Origin: Takakia lepidozioides
Lineage: Eukaryota; Plantae; Bryophyta
DNA length: 64,000 nt
Direction: 5' to 3'
NCBI GenBank assembly: GCA_030704615.1
Contig: CM060734.1
Span: forward strand, 17,050,001-17,114,000
Shown: positions 63,085 through 64,000 of the stretch, piece after piece
Layout: every line of letters begins with the position of its first letter
Position numbering within the stretch: position 1 is the first letter of the stretch
Translations under genes and position numbers: made by a program
The notes under the pieces: generated by a model
Database searches by the model: none
Seen by the model: the letters and a program-made list of their open reading frames with translations, nothing else
What the model was told of the DNA's origin: nothing

Positions 63085-63935
63085 GTCGGATGTAACCCTC
63101 CATTATGTAACCCTCTATCACGTGTATCAAACGCAGTAGTTATACATTTGCTGGATCACTGGGAGGAAGATGTTGTCCTGCATGTTGATGGGAGGAAGAT
63201 GTTGAACTCAATAAACTACAAATCTTTCAATTTGATGTTTGAAAACGATCCATAGTTGGCGCCACGGAGACGGAGCTCAGAATTGCAGAAAGCTAATGCT
63301 CCAAACCAAAAACGAGCTACAAATCTGAAAAAAGAGTTAGAGAGTAAATTAGGGTTTCGGCCTCCATTTCAACCACTACCCATCTGTTGGATAGTTGGCG
63401 TGTGTATGGATTGGATGCAATGGGAGAAGTTTAGAGTGCCACAAGTTCGGGTTACACGTTATCGGGTTACACGTTGTGGGGTTACGCATGATTTAAACAT
63501 GGGGCACGGTTCGGGTAACATGGGTAGAACAACCAACATGTAGCACCAATGGTAAGGGCATATACCCTCTTACGAGTGGTTGTGGGTTCAAACCACCTTG
63601 TTGGTTGTTACAAAGGTGTCCACCTTCCTACCGGAAGGCAGTAGCCCTTTTGGGTCAAGTGACACCATAAGTTACGCTTGCTTCGGAAACGCGTCCACCT
63701 TTGAACATGGGTAGGGGTTACATTGGGTGACGCGAGGCTCTCATGGGGCGGATTTACACGATGTAAGGTTACAGAGGGTTACACTATCGGGGTTACATTA
63801 GCTGGGTGATCATATGGTGACATACGGGTGACATAAGTTGGGGTTACATGTTGCGGGGTTACACGATTTGGGTTACATGGGCGGGGGTTACAGAGGGTTA
63901 CTCGAGGCCCACATGGGCGGGGTGACTTCACAGGG
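63085..63935. repeat. Element with TGTAACCC / GGGTTACA subterminal repeats (DNA-transposon-like)
   Basis: TGTAACCC twice at ~63090-63113 and many GGGTTACA copies at 63450-63900. Confidence 0.6.
63528..63703 (+). mobile_element. tRNA-derived SINE, family A, full-length with TSD
   Basis: A and B boxes present; 11-bp direct repeat AACATGGGTAG at 63517-27 and 63704-14. Confidence 0.88.
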
Positions 63936-64000
63936 CGATTTGCGTTTTCATAGTCCTACGGTTTGTTTATGATTTTTAATATTTAATGCCCTCCAAGTCT

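Overview
Eukaryotic nuclear DNA from a land plant, most likely a non-seed plant such as a bryophyte. This is inferred from GT-AG introns, plant gene families and the TE types present. Host genes: (1) a Gfo/Idh/MocA NAD(P)-oxidoreductase, 10 exons in view, running off the left edge, with one defective-looking acceptor; (2) a small serine-rich 'CxCSPxxHPGSFRCxLH' protein; (3) a complete 12-exon ATXR7/SDG25-type SET1-family histone methyltransferase carrying a 16x34-aa internal repeat, a 92-aa duplication and PPGF mini-exons. Most of the rest is nested, decayed mobile DNA. It includes a ~6.5-kb strongly strand-skewed multi-ORF element (RRM-like ORF coupled by stop/start overlap to a hydrophobic ORF), a non-autonomous CACTA inserted into it, a CACTA transposase relic, a ~1-kb higher-order repeat with an inversion, gypsy and L1 fragments, a tail-less LINE fragment, two tRNA-derived SINE families and MITE-like repeats. 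Gene relics: importin-beta N-terminus, OSB-like, one DNA2 exon and an unknown ~420-codon frame. Family assignments come from motif recognition by eye; no searches were run.
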